The translations under genes were made by a program, and so were the position numbers. From positions 3,565,575 through 3,629,574 of the forward strand of contig OZ255631.1 of NCBI GenBank assembly GCA_965276835.1: a stretch of DNA of 64,000 nt, written 5' to 3'. The notes under the pieces were generated by a model. The model had not been told where the DNA came from. It saw only the letters and a list, made by a program, of their open reading frames with translations, and did no database searches. Positions 9,610 to 18,716 of the stretch are shown piece after piece. This DNA comes from Alphaproteobacteria bacterium. GTDB taxonomy: Bacteria > Pseudomonadota > Alphaproteobacteria > BOG-932 > Roseiterribacteraceae. How positions within the stretch are numbered: the stretch's first letter is position 1; every line of letters begins with the position of its first letter.

Positions 9610-10752
9610 ATGAAGTTTTCGATCATTTATGAAGCGCAGATGGTGGACACCTCGCGCGAGAACGAGGCCAAGGTCTTCGCCGATATGGTCGAAGAATGCG
9701 TGTTGGCGGAGGAGATGGGCTTCGACTGCATCTGGTCGGTCGAGCATCACTGCCTGACGCAGTATGCGCATCTGTCGGCGCCGGAGAGCTTCCTGGCGTT
9801 CATCGCGGGCCGCACCAAGCGCATCCATGTCGGCCACGGTGTCGTCTGCCTGCCGTTCAAGATGAACCACCCGATCAAGGTTGCCGAGCGTGTCGCAACG
9901 CTGGACCTGCTGTCGCGCGGCCGTCTGCATTTTGGCGTCGGCAAGGGTGGCACGGTTCAGGAGACCGGCGCCTTCGACACGAAGCTTGAGGACGTGACAC
10001 CCCAGGTCGACGAGTCGATGTACATGATCCCGAAGATGTGGATGCAGGAGGTGTTCGAACACCACAGCGACATCATCAACATCCCGCCGCGCCCGATACA
10101 TCCCAAGCCGTTCCAGGATCCGCACCCGCTGATGTACATGGCGTGCACCCGCGAGGAAGCGCTTCAGATCGCCGGTTCGCGCGGTTTGGGCGCCCTGGTG
10201 CTCGGCTTCTCCGGACCGGACGAGATCGCAAAGAAAAACGCGATCTATCGTGAAGCCTATAAGAACCGTAAGCCCGAGGATCAGGTCGGCTTCCGCCCGC
10301 ATTCGCATCTGGCGGCTTTGTGCCCGGCCATTATTCTGGACGACGCCGAGAAGGCCAAGCGCATCGGCGTTCGCGGCCAGCGCTTCTTCGCGGAATCGAT
10401 CCGCTATTGGTATGCCGGCGGCGACAAGCCGCAGGTTGACGATCTGGATGCCGACGTCCAGATGGCCAAACTTGAGGCATCCAAGGAGCAGATCGTCGCT
10501 TATCTCGGCCAGGAAAAGATCCCGGTCACCGATGCGTCGACCAGCAACTATCACGTCGAGGAAGATGCTTACGGCTCGGTCGACCAGGCCATCCGTTATG
10601 TCGAGCGGCTGATCGCGTCGGGCGCCGACGAGATTCTCTTCCTGGTGCAGATGGGCACCGTCCCGCACGAAGCGACGATGGAAACCATCCGTAATATCGG
10701 CAAGTACCTGATTCCGCACTTCAAGGCCAAATTGGCCGTCGCCGCGGAGTAA
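9610..10752 (+). CDS. LLM-class flavin-dependent oxidoreductase
   Basis: AEEMGFDCIWSVEHH, HPIKVAERVATLDLLSRGR. Confidence 0.92.
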   Translation: MKFSIIYEAQMVDTSRENEAKVFADMVEECVLAEEMGFDCIWSVEHHCLTQYAHLSAPESFLAFIAGRTKRIHVGHGVVCLPFKMNHPIKVAERVATLDLLSRGRLHFGVGKGGTVQETGAFDTKLEDVTPQVDESMYMIPKMWMQEVFEHHSDIINIPPRPIHPKPFQDPHPLMYMACTREEALQIAGSRGLGALVLGFSGPDEIAKKNAIYREAYKNRKPEDQVGFRPHSHLAALCPAIILDDAEKAKRIGVRGQRFFAESIRYWYAGGDKPQVDDLDADVQMAKLEASKEQIVAYLGQEKIPVTDASTSNYHVEEDAYGSVDQAIRYVERLIASGADEILFLVQMGTVPHEATMETIRNIGKYLIPHFKAKLAVAAE

Positions 10753-10768
10753 TCGGCAAGGCAAAACG

Positions 10769-10805
10769 AAAACGGCGCCGACCTCAAAATCGGCGCCGTT
10801 TTTTT
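10769..10805 (+). terminator. intrinsic terminator-like hairpin between LLM and SDR genes
   Basis: AAAACGGCGCCGA-cctcaaaa-TCGGCGCCGTTTT followed by more Ts. Confidence 0.75.
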
Positions 10806-10836
10806 GACAAGAGACAGGGAAGAACGGGGATAGAAG

Positions 10837-11619
10837 ATGGCAAAGGAATTCGCGAGCAAGTCGGTCCTGATCACCGGCGCGGCGTCGGGCATCGGCAAGG
10901 CGGCGGCCTATCGCTGGGCCGATGAAGGCGCGCAGGTCTGCATCGCCGACATGGACATTCCGCGCGCCGAAACCGTGGCGGCGGACATCGTCTCCAAGGG
11001 CGGCACGGCATTCGCGACCAAGGTCGACGTCTCCAGCAAGGAAGACAACGACCGCATGGTGGCCGAAACTGTCGCCAAATACGGCAAGTTGGACATCGCC
11101 TTCCTGAACGCCGGCTATTACGGCCCGGGCACCAGCTTCGACGACGACGACATCACCGCCTTCGACCGCATCATCGCAATCAATCTGCGCGGCTGTTTTC
11201 TGGGCATCCGGGCAGCCGGCAAGGTCATCCAATCGGGCGGCGCGATCGTCGTCACCGGTTCGACCGGCGGCATCCTCGGGTTGGCCAACAACCCAGCCTA
11301 TAGTGCCTCCAAGCACGGCCTGATCGGCCTGATCCGCTCGGCAGCCGAGCCGTTGGCCGCCAAGGGCGCGCGGATCAACGCGATCCTGCCCGGTGGAGTC
11401 AACACGCCGCTGAATTTCGGCGAGATGGTCGACACCTATGTCGCACCGCAGGACCTGAAGGCGCCGCCGTTTCGCGGCTACGGCGAATCGCAGCACATAG
11501 CGGAAGTCGCCTTGTTCCTGGCGAGTTCACGTGCATCCTTCATCAATGGCAGCGCGCAGGTCGTCGATGGCGGCCTGACCTCGAGTTTCGCCGCCGTCCG
11601 TTACGAGAAAGCCGACTGA
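10837..11619 (+). CDS. SDR family oxidoreductase
   Basis: TGAASGIG, NAG, YSASK. Confidence 0.92.
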   Translation: MAKEFASKSVLITGAASGIGKAAAYRWADEGAQVCIADMDIPRAETVAADIVSKGGTAFATKVDVSSKEDNDRMVAETVAKYGKLDIAFLNAGYYGPGTSFDDDDITAFDRIIAINLRGCFLGIRAAGKVIQSGGAIVVTGSTGGILGLANNPAYSASKHGLIGLIRSAAEPLAAKGARINAILPGGVNTPLNFGEMVDTYVAPQDLKAPPFRGYGESQHIAEVALFLASSRASFINGSAQVVDGGLTSSFAAVRYEKAD

Positions 11620-12482
11620 CGGCCACCGTTAAACGCGCCCGGCCGCTTCTCGGAACCTATGTCGCGATCGGCGTCGGCGGATTGCCCGATGCCGAAGCGC
11701 TGCCCGCCATCGAACGCGGTTTCGCCGCGATCGCCGAAATCCACCGATTGATGAGCTTCCACGAACCGACAAGCGATGTCAGCCGATTGAACCGTTTCGC
11801 CGCGCTTGAGGCTGTGACGGTCGATCCGGCCACGTTCGCCGTTCTGGAAACGGCGCAAGCCCTGGCCAGAGAGTCCGACGGCGTGTTCGATATCACGGTC
11901 GCCGCCGATCTGGTCGCCTGGGGCTTCCTGCCCCACCCGGAAGACGCGCCTGATACAGACCCGGAAGCCTCATGGCGCGACATCGAACTGAACGGTGACA
12001 CCGTTCGCTTTCGCCGCACGCTTTGGATCGACCTCGGCGGGATCGCAAAAGGCTATGCCGTCGATTGCGCGCTTGCGGCGATGGCGTTGCCGACGCACGC
12101 GCAGGTTTCGGTCAATGCAGGAGGAGACCTGCGCATCGCGGGAGCGAACCCCGAACGCGTGCAATTGCGTGCGCCATCGGATGGGCAGCATGTCCCCGTG
12201 ATTGAAATCGAAAATGCCAGCCTGGCGAGCAGCAGCGGACGTGATGACCAGCGGTTGGCCGATGGCAGGACCGTCGGACCGCATGTGAACGGTAATACGC
12301 ACCAGGCTGTCGGCATACATGGCTTCGTCTCGGTCGTTGCCGAGGATTGCATGATCGCGGACGCGCTGACCAAAGTCGTGCTGGCGCGCGGGTCCGGGGC
12401 CGCTGAACTGCTGGCCCGTCACAACGCCACCGCTTACTTCAATGACGGCGAGACCTGGCAAACATTCGGAGCCGTGAATTGA
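11616..12482 (+). CDS. apbE: FAD:protein FMN transferase (ApbE family)
   Basis: IDLGGIAKGYAVD, VNAGGDL, ADALTK; frame is open upstream of 11682 and contains RARPLLGT, so start placed at CTG 11616 overlapping the SDR stop (start uncertain). Confidence 0.85.
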   Translation: MTATVKRARPLLGTYVAIGVGGLPDAEALPAIERGFAAIAEIHRLMSFHEPTSDVSRLNRFAALEAVTVDPATFAVLETAQALARESDGVFDITVAADLVAWGFLPHPEDAPDTDPEASWRDIELNGDTVRFRRTLWIDLGGIAKGYAVDCALAAMALPTHAQVSVNAGGDLRIAGANPERVQLRAPSDGQHVPVIEIENASLASSSGRDDQRLADGRTVGPHVNGNTHQAVGIHGFVSVVAEDCMIADALTKVVLARGSGAAELLARHNATAYFNDGETWQTFGAVN

Positions 12483-12955
12483 CCGCGCCCACACCCAAGG
12501 GGCCGATGAAAATCAACCAGCCTTACCGCTGGATGCTTTACGTCACGCTGTGGGCGATCTGGCTGACCGGTGTCGCCTGGGTGATCGTGCATTATTTTAT
12601 GCGCGAAAAGGGCAAATTCGGTTTCAAGACCAACCCGTGGGAGGGTTGGTGGCTGATGGCCCATGGCGGAATCGCGGTGCTGACCACCTTTCTGTTCGGC
12701 TGGATGTGGAGTCGGCATATTGCCACCGGCTGGGATCTGCGCTGGCGTCGGCGGTCGGGCGGCACGCTGGCGGGCACGACGATCTTTCTTATCCTCAGCG
12801 GCTACGCACTGTATTATATCGGCGATCCGGATTGGCTGGACTGGACGGGAATCGCCCATTGGGGCATTGGAATCGCCGCCCTGGCGGCTTTCTTTATCCA
12901 CTGGTTGTCGAAGTCGCGGCCTAGGCGCCCCAAGGCAAACGGCGTCACCAAATAA
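12479..12955 (+). CDS. multi-pass membrane protein with five His residues (cytochrome b / DUF4405-like by inference)
   Basis: About four hydrophobic segments; His in VIVHY, MAHGG, SRHI, IAHW, FIHW; TTGA overlap with apbE stop. Confidence 0.65.
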   Translation: MTAPTPKGPMKINQPYRWMLYVTLWAIWLTGVAWVIVHYFMREKGKFGFKTNPWEGWWLMAHGGIAVLTTFLFGWMWSRHIATGWDLRWRRRSGGTLAGTTIFLILSGYALYYIGDPDWLDWTGIAHWGIGIAALAAFFIHWLSKSRPRRPKANGVTK

Positions 12956-13622
12956 GCGGGATCAACCTGTAACGGACATGCTGCGTATATTCGACATAAC
13001 CCGGCAGACCTTGGCGCAGCACTTGCTCCTCGCCCTTGATCCTGAAGGTCAGCCCAAGTTCCATGAATATCGCCGCCAGCACGCCCCAGGCCGAGTTCAA
13101 CGCCAGAGCCATCCCCACCAGCATGATCGCCGCCGAGGCGTACATCGGATGGCGCACGATGGCATACGGTCCGGTTGAAATAACCTTATGCCCGCGCTCC
13201 GCCTGAATTCGGACGACCGGCGCGCCGAAACTGTTCTCGCGGAACGTGCGGTAGATGCCCCAGAATCCGGCCAGTATGCCCACACGGCCGACCCATATCA
13301 GCCAGTTGGGCAACGCCGACCAACCGAAACGACCGCCGTCCAACCCCATCAGAACGATCCAACTCCAATAGATGAGGTGGACGAAACGGACCATGATCCG
13401 ATCCCACCGCGGTTGGCCTTCCTGACGGCGCACGTTCATGCGGGCGGCCAACAAAGCGGGGTCGTAGCCCGCCAGCCAAACAGTAATCGTGACGCTCGCA
13501 CCGATGAACAAGACCATGAACCACCAGCCGTCACGCCAATAGGGCATTCCCGCCGCTCCGAACAGTAATAGGGCGGTAACGGCGAACATCGCGGCCATGC
13601 CAAGCCAGATGCGCCAAGTCAT
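12945..13622 (-). CDS. isoprenylcysteine carboxylmethyltransferase family membrane protein
   Basis: GHKVISTGPYAIVRHPMY, RIKGEEQVL; start moved to ATG 13622 behind GGAGG. Confidence 0.88.
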   Translation of the reverse strand: MTWRIWLGMAAMFAVTALLLFGAAGMPYWRDGWWFMVLFIGASVTITVWLAGYDPALLAARMNVRRQEGQPRWDRIMVRFVHLIYWSWIVLMGLDGGRFGWSALPNWLIWVGRVGILAGFWGIYRTFRENSFGAPVVRIQAERGHKVISTGPYAIVRHPMYASAAIMLVGMALALNSAWGVLAAIFMELGLTFRIKGEEQVLRQGLPGYVEYTQHVRYRLIPLIW

Positions 13623-13626
13623 AATC

Positions 13627-14406
13627 TCAGGCCTCCCCGCCGTCACCTTCACCCAGCGCATCCATGAGGATGGGCACGCCGACAGTCACGGTGTGAACCC
13701 CCAGTGCCGCGACGATCTGATAGACCTCCAGTATCTCCGCCACCGTCGCGCCATAACGCAACGCGTTTTGGATATGCACGCGCAGCCCGGGCTCATACAT
13801 GTGGGTCGTCGCTGAATCGATCGCGATATAGATCAGCTCGCGGACCTTGGGGTCGAGCGTGCCGGTGGTCCACGGGACAGACGAGAACTGCATATAGGCT
13901 TCGAAGAATTCCGGCGACAGACGGATCAGCCCGTCCCAAAGCGGGCTCCAATAGCCGCGATTTTCGGTGAAGGTCTTTTTGAGTGCGTCCTGCTCGGGGG
14001 TCAGCGGCGCCATCGCGACTTCGGACGCGCGTCCGGCCTTGCGTGCCTCGTCGATCAAGATGGGCAGCCCGAAGGTGATCGTGTGGACGCCGAGGACGGA
14101 GGTCAGCTCCAGCACCTCCATGATCTCACCCTTGGTCGCGCCCAGGTCCAGCGCCTTTGGGATGTGGATGCGCAGACCCGGCGTATGCAGATGCGTGGTC
14201 GAGGAGTCGATCGCGATATAGATCAGCTCGCGAACTTTGGGATCGAGTGTCCCGGTCCTCGACGGAACCGACGAAAGCTTCACATAGGCTTCGAAATAGG
14301 CCGGGGATACGCGCAGAACCTGATCCCAGATCGGCGCCCAATAGCCTCGCGCCGCGACGAACGCCTCCTTCAGCCTGCGCTGATTGTCATCCATCCTGTC
14401 GTCCAT
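13627..14406 (-). CDS. two-domain carboxymuconolactone decarboxylase family protein
   Basis: Two copies of RGYW...GTLDPKVRELIYIAIDS.TTH...GLR.HI..AL..GAT..EI.EV; start moved to ATG 14406. Confidence 0.88.
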   Translation of the reverse strand: MDDRMDDNQRRLKEAFVAARGYWAPIWDQVLRVSPAYFEAYVKLSSVPSRTGTLDPKVRELIYIAIDSSTTHLHTPGLRIHIPKALDLGATKGEIMEVLELTSVLGVHTITFGLPILIDEARKAGRASEVAMAPLTPEQDALKKTFTENRGYWSPLWDGLIRLSPEFFEAYMQFSSVPWTTGTLDPKVRELIYIAIDSATTHMYEPGLRVHIQNALRYGATVAEILEVYQIVAALGVHTVTVGVPILMDALGEGDGGEA

Positions 14407-14486
14407 ACTTTCCCCCATTGTGTCGGCGCTTCGCACACTGTCGCCACGATAGACGAAGATCGGAAAACACGAGATAGAATATCACC

Positions 14487-14999
14487 ATGACCCGACACCT
14501 GATCCATCTCGTCTGTGGCTCGACTGGCGCAGGAAAGACCACCTACGCCAACCGGCTGAATGCTGAAGTCGGGGGCGTCGTCTTTTCGATCGACCAATGG
14601 ATGACGGCTTTGTTCTGGATGGACAGCCCGTCGCCGATCGAGGCCGCTTGGTCGATGGAGCGGGTGCGCCGCTGCAACGGCCAGATATGGACCGTTGCCG
14701 CCCAAGTCGCGGCACGCGGGACACCGTGTATCCTCGATCTCGGTTTCACGAGGCTGAAAGAACGGAGCGAAATTGCCGCACGGGCGCGTGCCACCGCTTT
14801 CTCCGTCCAGCTTCACGTCCTTGACGTCCCGGTTACGGAACGCTGGCGCCGCGTCCAATCGCGCAACGCGGAGAAGGGTGAGACTTATCAACTGGAGTTT
14901 GCTGTTACGCGCGAGATGTTCGATTTCGTCGAGACGCTGTGGGAGCCGCCGGACGAGCGGGAGATGGCCGCCTGCGACGGCGTGCGGGTCGCGGGTTAG
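14487..14999 (+). CDS. AAA_33-like P-loop kinase / ATP-binding protein
   Basis: LVCGSTGAGKTT Walker A; ILDLGF. Confidence 0.8.
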   Translation: MTRHLIHLVCGSTGAGKTTYANRLNAEVGGVVFSIDQWMTALFWMDSPSPIEAAWSMERVRRCNGQIWTVAAQVAARGTPCILDLGFTRLKERSEIAARARATAFSVQLHVLDVPVTERWRRVQSRNAEKGETYQLEFAVTREMFDFVETLWEPPDEREMAACDGVRVAG

Positions 15000-16207
15000 A
15001 CTTCGGCCAGCGGCACGTCGAGGTTCGCCAGCTTGGCGACATCGGGCACACGGCCTTCCAGAATCAGCTTCTTGCCGACCATGAAGTCTTTGGCGGAATT
15101 AACCGCGTTCACCGCCACGATCTTGCCCTTGCGCAGATAGAACGCGGCGAAGCGGCGGTCGGCGGGATTGCCGCGCAGAACGATCTGGTCGCCGATTTCC
15201 GACATGCCAACGATCTGCAGCTTGATGTCATACTGGTCGGACCAGAACCACGGGATTTCGTGGAAGGGTTTGGGGTTGCCCAGAATGGCGCTGGCCGCGG
15301 CGCGCGCCTGTCCCATAGCGGCGGGCACGGATTCAAGGCGCAGGCGCTTGCCCAGAAGGTCATTCGGATGATTGGTGGCGTCGCCGACGGCAAAGATCGC
15401 AGGATCGCTGGTGCGCCCGCAATCGTCGACCACGATGCCGTTTTCGACGGCCAGCCCGGCCCCGGCGGCTAGCTCGGTGTTGGGTATCGCGCCGATGCCG
15501 ACAACGACCGCGTCAGCCGGAATTTCCGTGCCGTCGGTCAGGCGCACCGCCTTCACCGATCCGTCGCCGACAAAGCCTTCGATCACCACGCCGAAATGCA
15601 GGTCGACCCCAGCGGCGCGATGTGCATCGGCATAGAAGTCGGCAATTTCGGCGCCCGCGACCCGCGCCAGCAGGCGTTCCAGCATTTCGATCACCGCGAC
15701 CTTGCAGCCAAGCTTGGTGGCGCTGGCCGCGACCTCAAGCCCGACATAGCCGCCGCCGACGATCGCCAATTTCTTGCCCGGCCCAAGCCGCGCCGCGATG
15801 GCGCGCGAATCCGCGAGGCTGCGCAAATAGAACACCCCGTCCAAATCGGCGCCCGGCACCTGCAGCCGGCGCGGCCGCGCCCCCGTCGCGATGACCAACT
15901 TGTCGTAGGAGAGTGCCTCACCGGTTGAGAGTGTGACCGTGCGCTTGGCGCGGTCGATCGCGGTCGCGGTCACTTCAAGGCGCAGGTCGATATTCTTGTC
16001 GGTGTAGAACTGCTCGCGCTTCAGATAGATGCGGTCGATATCAACGCCGCCCGACAGCAGCTCCTTCGAAGTCGCCGGCCGGTCATAGGGGCGATGCGCC
16101 TCGTCCCCGATTAGAATCAGTTTCCCGTCGAAACCACCCCCACGCAGCGATTCGACGATTTGCGCGCCGGCGTGGCCGGCCCCCAACACGATAATCGTTT
16201 CAGACAT
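14996..16207 (-). CDS. NAD(P)H:ferredoxin reductase (putidaredoxin-reductase type)
   Basis: GAGHAG, GGGYVGLE, FAVGD, RLESV, PWFWSDQYD. Confidence 0.92.
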   Translation of the reverse strand: MSETIIVLGAGHAGAQIVESLRGGGFDGKLILIGDEAHRPYDRPATSKELLSGGVDIDRIYLKREQFYTDKNIDLRLEVTATAIDRAKRTVTLSTGEALSYDKLVIATGARPRRLQVPGADLDGVFYLRSLADSRAIAARLGPGKKLAIVGGGYVGLEVAASATKLGCKVAVIEMLERLLARVAGAEIADFYADAHRAAGVDLHFGVVIEGFVGDGSVKAVRLTDGTEIPADAVVVGIGAIPNTELAAGAGLAVENGIVVDDCGRTSDPAIFAVGDATNHPNDLLGKRLRLESVPAAMGQARAAASAILGNPKPFHEIPWFWSDQYDIKLQIVGMSEIGDQIVLRGNPADRRFAAFYLRKGKIVAVNAVNSAKDFMVGKKLILEGRVPDVAKLANLDVPLAEV

Positions 16208-16346
16208 AGGCGGTGACGGTCCAATTTAGCACAGACAGAACTGCCCAGCCGAGATATCCGCCGGGACAATCGCAATGCCAGTATCTTGCTGGACACGCAA
16301 CCGAAAGCAACAACCCGGCGCGCACGCCGGATTGTCGAAACAGGCC

Positions 16347-16811
16347 TTACTCCGCCGTGGCGGCCACTTTCTTCCGACCGGGACGCTTCGGTGCGGAGGC
16401 GGGGCGGCCCAGCCCGATCTTCTTGGCGAGCTCAGAACGCGTACGCGCGTAATTCGGCGCCACCAGCGGATAGTCCTTGGGCAGATCCCACTTCGCCTTA
16501 TACTGCTCAGGCGTCATATTGTAGGTACTCATCAAGTGGCGCTTCAGCATTTTCAGCTTCTTGCCATCCTCGAGGCAGATAATGAAATCGGGCGTGACCG
16601 ACTTCTTCACGGAAACCGCCGGAATCAGTTCTTTCTTTTCCGGGACGACGGTACCACCCCCAATATCGCCCAGTGCGCGCGATACGGAACCGATCGTGTC
16701 GGTCAACTCTGTCACAGTCAAATTCGCTTTGGCGGCATAAGAGGCAACAATCCGGGTCGTCAATTCCAACAGGTATGCGGAATCGATTGTGCGCGCTGCT
16801 TTCTCGGTCAT
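16347..16811 (-). CDS. mucR: MucR/Ros family transcriptional regulator
   Basis: PAVSVKKSVTPDFIICLEDGKKLKMLKRHL...YKAKWDLPKDYPLVAPNYARTRSELAKKIGLG; start set at ATG 16811. Confidence 0.92.
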   Translation of the reverse strand: MTEKAARTIDSAYLLELTTRIVASYAAKANLTVTELTDTIGSVSRALGDIGGGTVVPEKKELIPAVSVKKSVTPDFIICLEDGKKLKMLKRHLMSTYNMTPEQYKAKWDLPKDYPLVAPNYARTRSELAKKIGLGRPASAPKRPGRKKVAATAE

Positions 16812-17122
16812 CTCAGGTTCCACGAATGGCAGGTTTGAAGGTCTAAATGGTTTTTTCGAAGCGATTCGTTCAATTATTGAATAGTGAATAAATCGTCTTG
16901 ACTGACAAACTCGATATTAAACTTTGATTTGTTCATTTCAAGAGTTATCTGCATAAAATTGTGCAATCATCACACAGCAGTCACGGTGCCTTAAGCTTTC
17001 ATGCCTTTGATTGAGCATATTTGAGACTTGCTCAATAGATCGGCGTGATAACTTGGACGGACAAATGCCAACCGGGCGAAACGCTTACTGAAAGCATACC
17101 GCCCGCTAACCGAATTCCCGCG

Positions 17123-17605
17123 TTAATAGGGAACGCGATCAGCTTTGTTCTTGTACTTTTTCCACACCTCGACCGCCTCTTCACGCATCATCTGGCGGGT
17201 CGGGATCGATCGCTCGGCAACCGGCTTCTTGATCTCGCCATAGATCATGCTGTCGTCGAAATCGCCATATTCAAGCGCATCCTCGACCGTAGCGGCGTAA
17301 TAGATTTCACTGATCCCGGCCCAGTAGGCAGCGGACATGCACATCGGGCAAGGCTCGGCGCTGGTATAAAGGGTCGCGCCGTTCAGCTTGAATGTGCCCT
17401 CTTTCTTGCAGGCATTGCGAATCGCCTCGATCTCACCGTGCCAGGTCGGATCGTTCTCCGCGACAACCCGGTTTGCGCCTTCGCCGATGATCCTACCCTC
17501 GCGCACGATGACAGTGCCAAACACACCGCCGGCGCTGTCGATCAAGGACGTTTTCTCAGATAGTTCGATCGCGCGCGCCATGAATTTCTTATGGTCACCC
17601 GACAT
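17123..17605 (-). CDS. nucleoside/nucleobase deaminase (guanine deaminase-like, CDA fold)
   Basis: HGEIEAIR and PCPMC zinc motifs. Confidence 0.88.
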   Translation of the reverse strand: MSGDHKKFMARAIELSEKTSLIDSAGGVFGTVIVREGRIIGEGANRVVAENDPTWHGEIEAIRNACKKEGTFKLNGATLYTSAEPCPMCMSAAYWAGISEIYYAATVEDALEYGDFDDSMIYGEIKKPVAERSIPTRQMMREEAVEVWKKYKNKADRVPY

Positions 17606-17637
17606 GCGATATCCTCCTGTTCAACTCACTCATTGCA

Positions 17638-18603
17638 CTAATACAGATACGTAAAGATCAGCAACTCGATCGCATAAAGCGCAGCGAGGGCGGCGGCGCC
17701 CAATATTTCGATCCGCCAGCGCCGCTCCGGCAGGGGCGTCAGCCACCAATTCAGGCCCCATATCGCGATCTTGATCAGCGGCCAGGACACCAGCGAAACG
17801 CTGATCGCGTTGCCGATGAAGGTCGAGACCGCAAGATTGAGCCCGGCCAGAATGGGGCTGAGATACCTGATCTCCAGCATCACCACCGGAAACAGCACCA
17901 GAAGTACCAGCGCCGTTTGTTTCCAAGCCGCCGGCGGTGGTTGGTCGGGCGCGCCGCCGAACCAGCCCGCGAACGGGCTCGCCATGCGCTGGCTCTTCCA
18001 GGTTGATACGGTGGGATCGGATTTTTCCAGCAGTGCCTTGCGCTCAGACGAGGCGAGCCAGGTGTCCAGTTCCGCGGGCTGAGAGAATCGGACAAGCGTC
18101 GTCCAATATGGAACCTCGGCCGATAGGGGCGCCTGGATCAGCGTTCCCATATAGCCAGGAAACGCCGCCTGGGCGGCCTGCATCGCTTCGGCCCATGCCT
18201 GGAACGCCGGCGCCTTGCCGGGCGCCACCAACGTCGTCACCACCTCGGTAATGCTGGACAGCGAATGGAAATCGGGCGCCGGCTCGTCGACGACCTCCGG
18301 CTGCGCCGGATCGAGCACCGGCGTCAGAGCGGCGAAGATCGTTGCGCGGTCGGCCGATCGCCGCCATGCGGCCAGTTGCCCTGCGGTCCGAAAGCGCTCC
18401 ACGATCTGCCAATCGGGAGAACCGGCAAAAGCCGGCAGCATCTCGATGCTGACAAAACCGTCGGCCATGCCCACCCGCCGCGTAAGCGCCGCCTGCCAAG
18501 CGGCGAAAGGCTCTGCGCGGTCCTTGCGCACCGCGAACTTCGTCGAAATCGCCGTGACGCGCGACGAATCGTCCCCCATGGACGTGATTGTTTGGTTCGA
18601 CAT
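17638..18603 (-). CDS. protein with two ABM-like (dimeric alpha-beta barrel) domains plus C-terminal TM helices
   Basis: Repeated F.AW.....(GF/GY)...........F.....L.AW..S..R pattern; two hydrophobic helices at the C-terminus. Confidence 0.7.
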   Translation of the reverse strand: MSNQTITSMGDDSSRVTAISTKFAVRKDRAEPFAAWQAALTRRVGMADGFVSIEMLPAFAGSPDWQIVERFRTAGQLAAWRRSADRATIFAALTPVLDPAQPEVVDEPAPDFHSLSSITEVVTTLVAPGKAPAFQAWAEAMQAAQAAFPGYMGTLIQAPLSAEVPYWTTLVRFSQPAELDTWLASSERKALLEKSDPTVSTWKSQRMASPFAGWFGGAPDQPPPAAWKQTALVLLVLFPVVMLEIRYLSPILAGLNLAVSTFIGNAISVSLVSWPLIKIAIWGLNWWLTPLPERRWRIEILGAAALAALYAIELLIFTYLY

Positions 18604-18716
18604 CGCCGTAATCTATAGCGAGAGCAAGGTTATAGCGCCAAGCGATTATCGCGATTGCCCGGTCAGGGCCGGCATCGCTTGCCGGTACGGCGGACTGGGC
18701 TATAAGTTCGCGCGCC

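Noticed and set aside
9496-11496. 666-aa minus-strand ORF
   Set aside because: Antisense shadow of the LLM and SDR genes; no motifs; common in high-GC DNA
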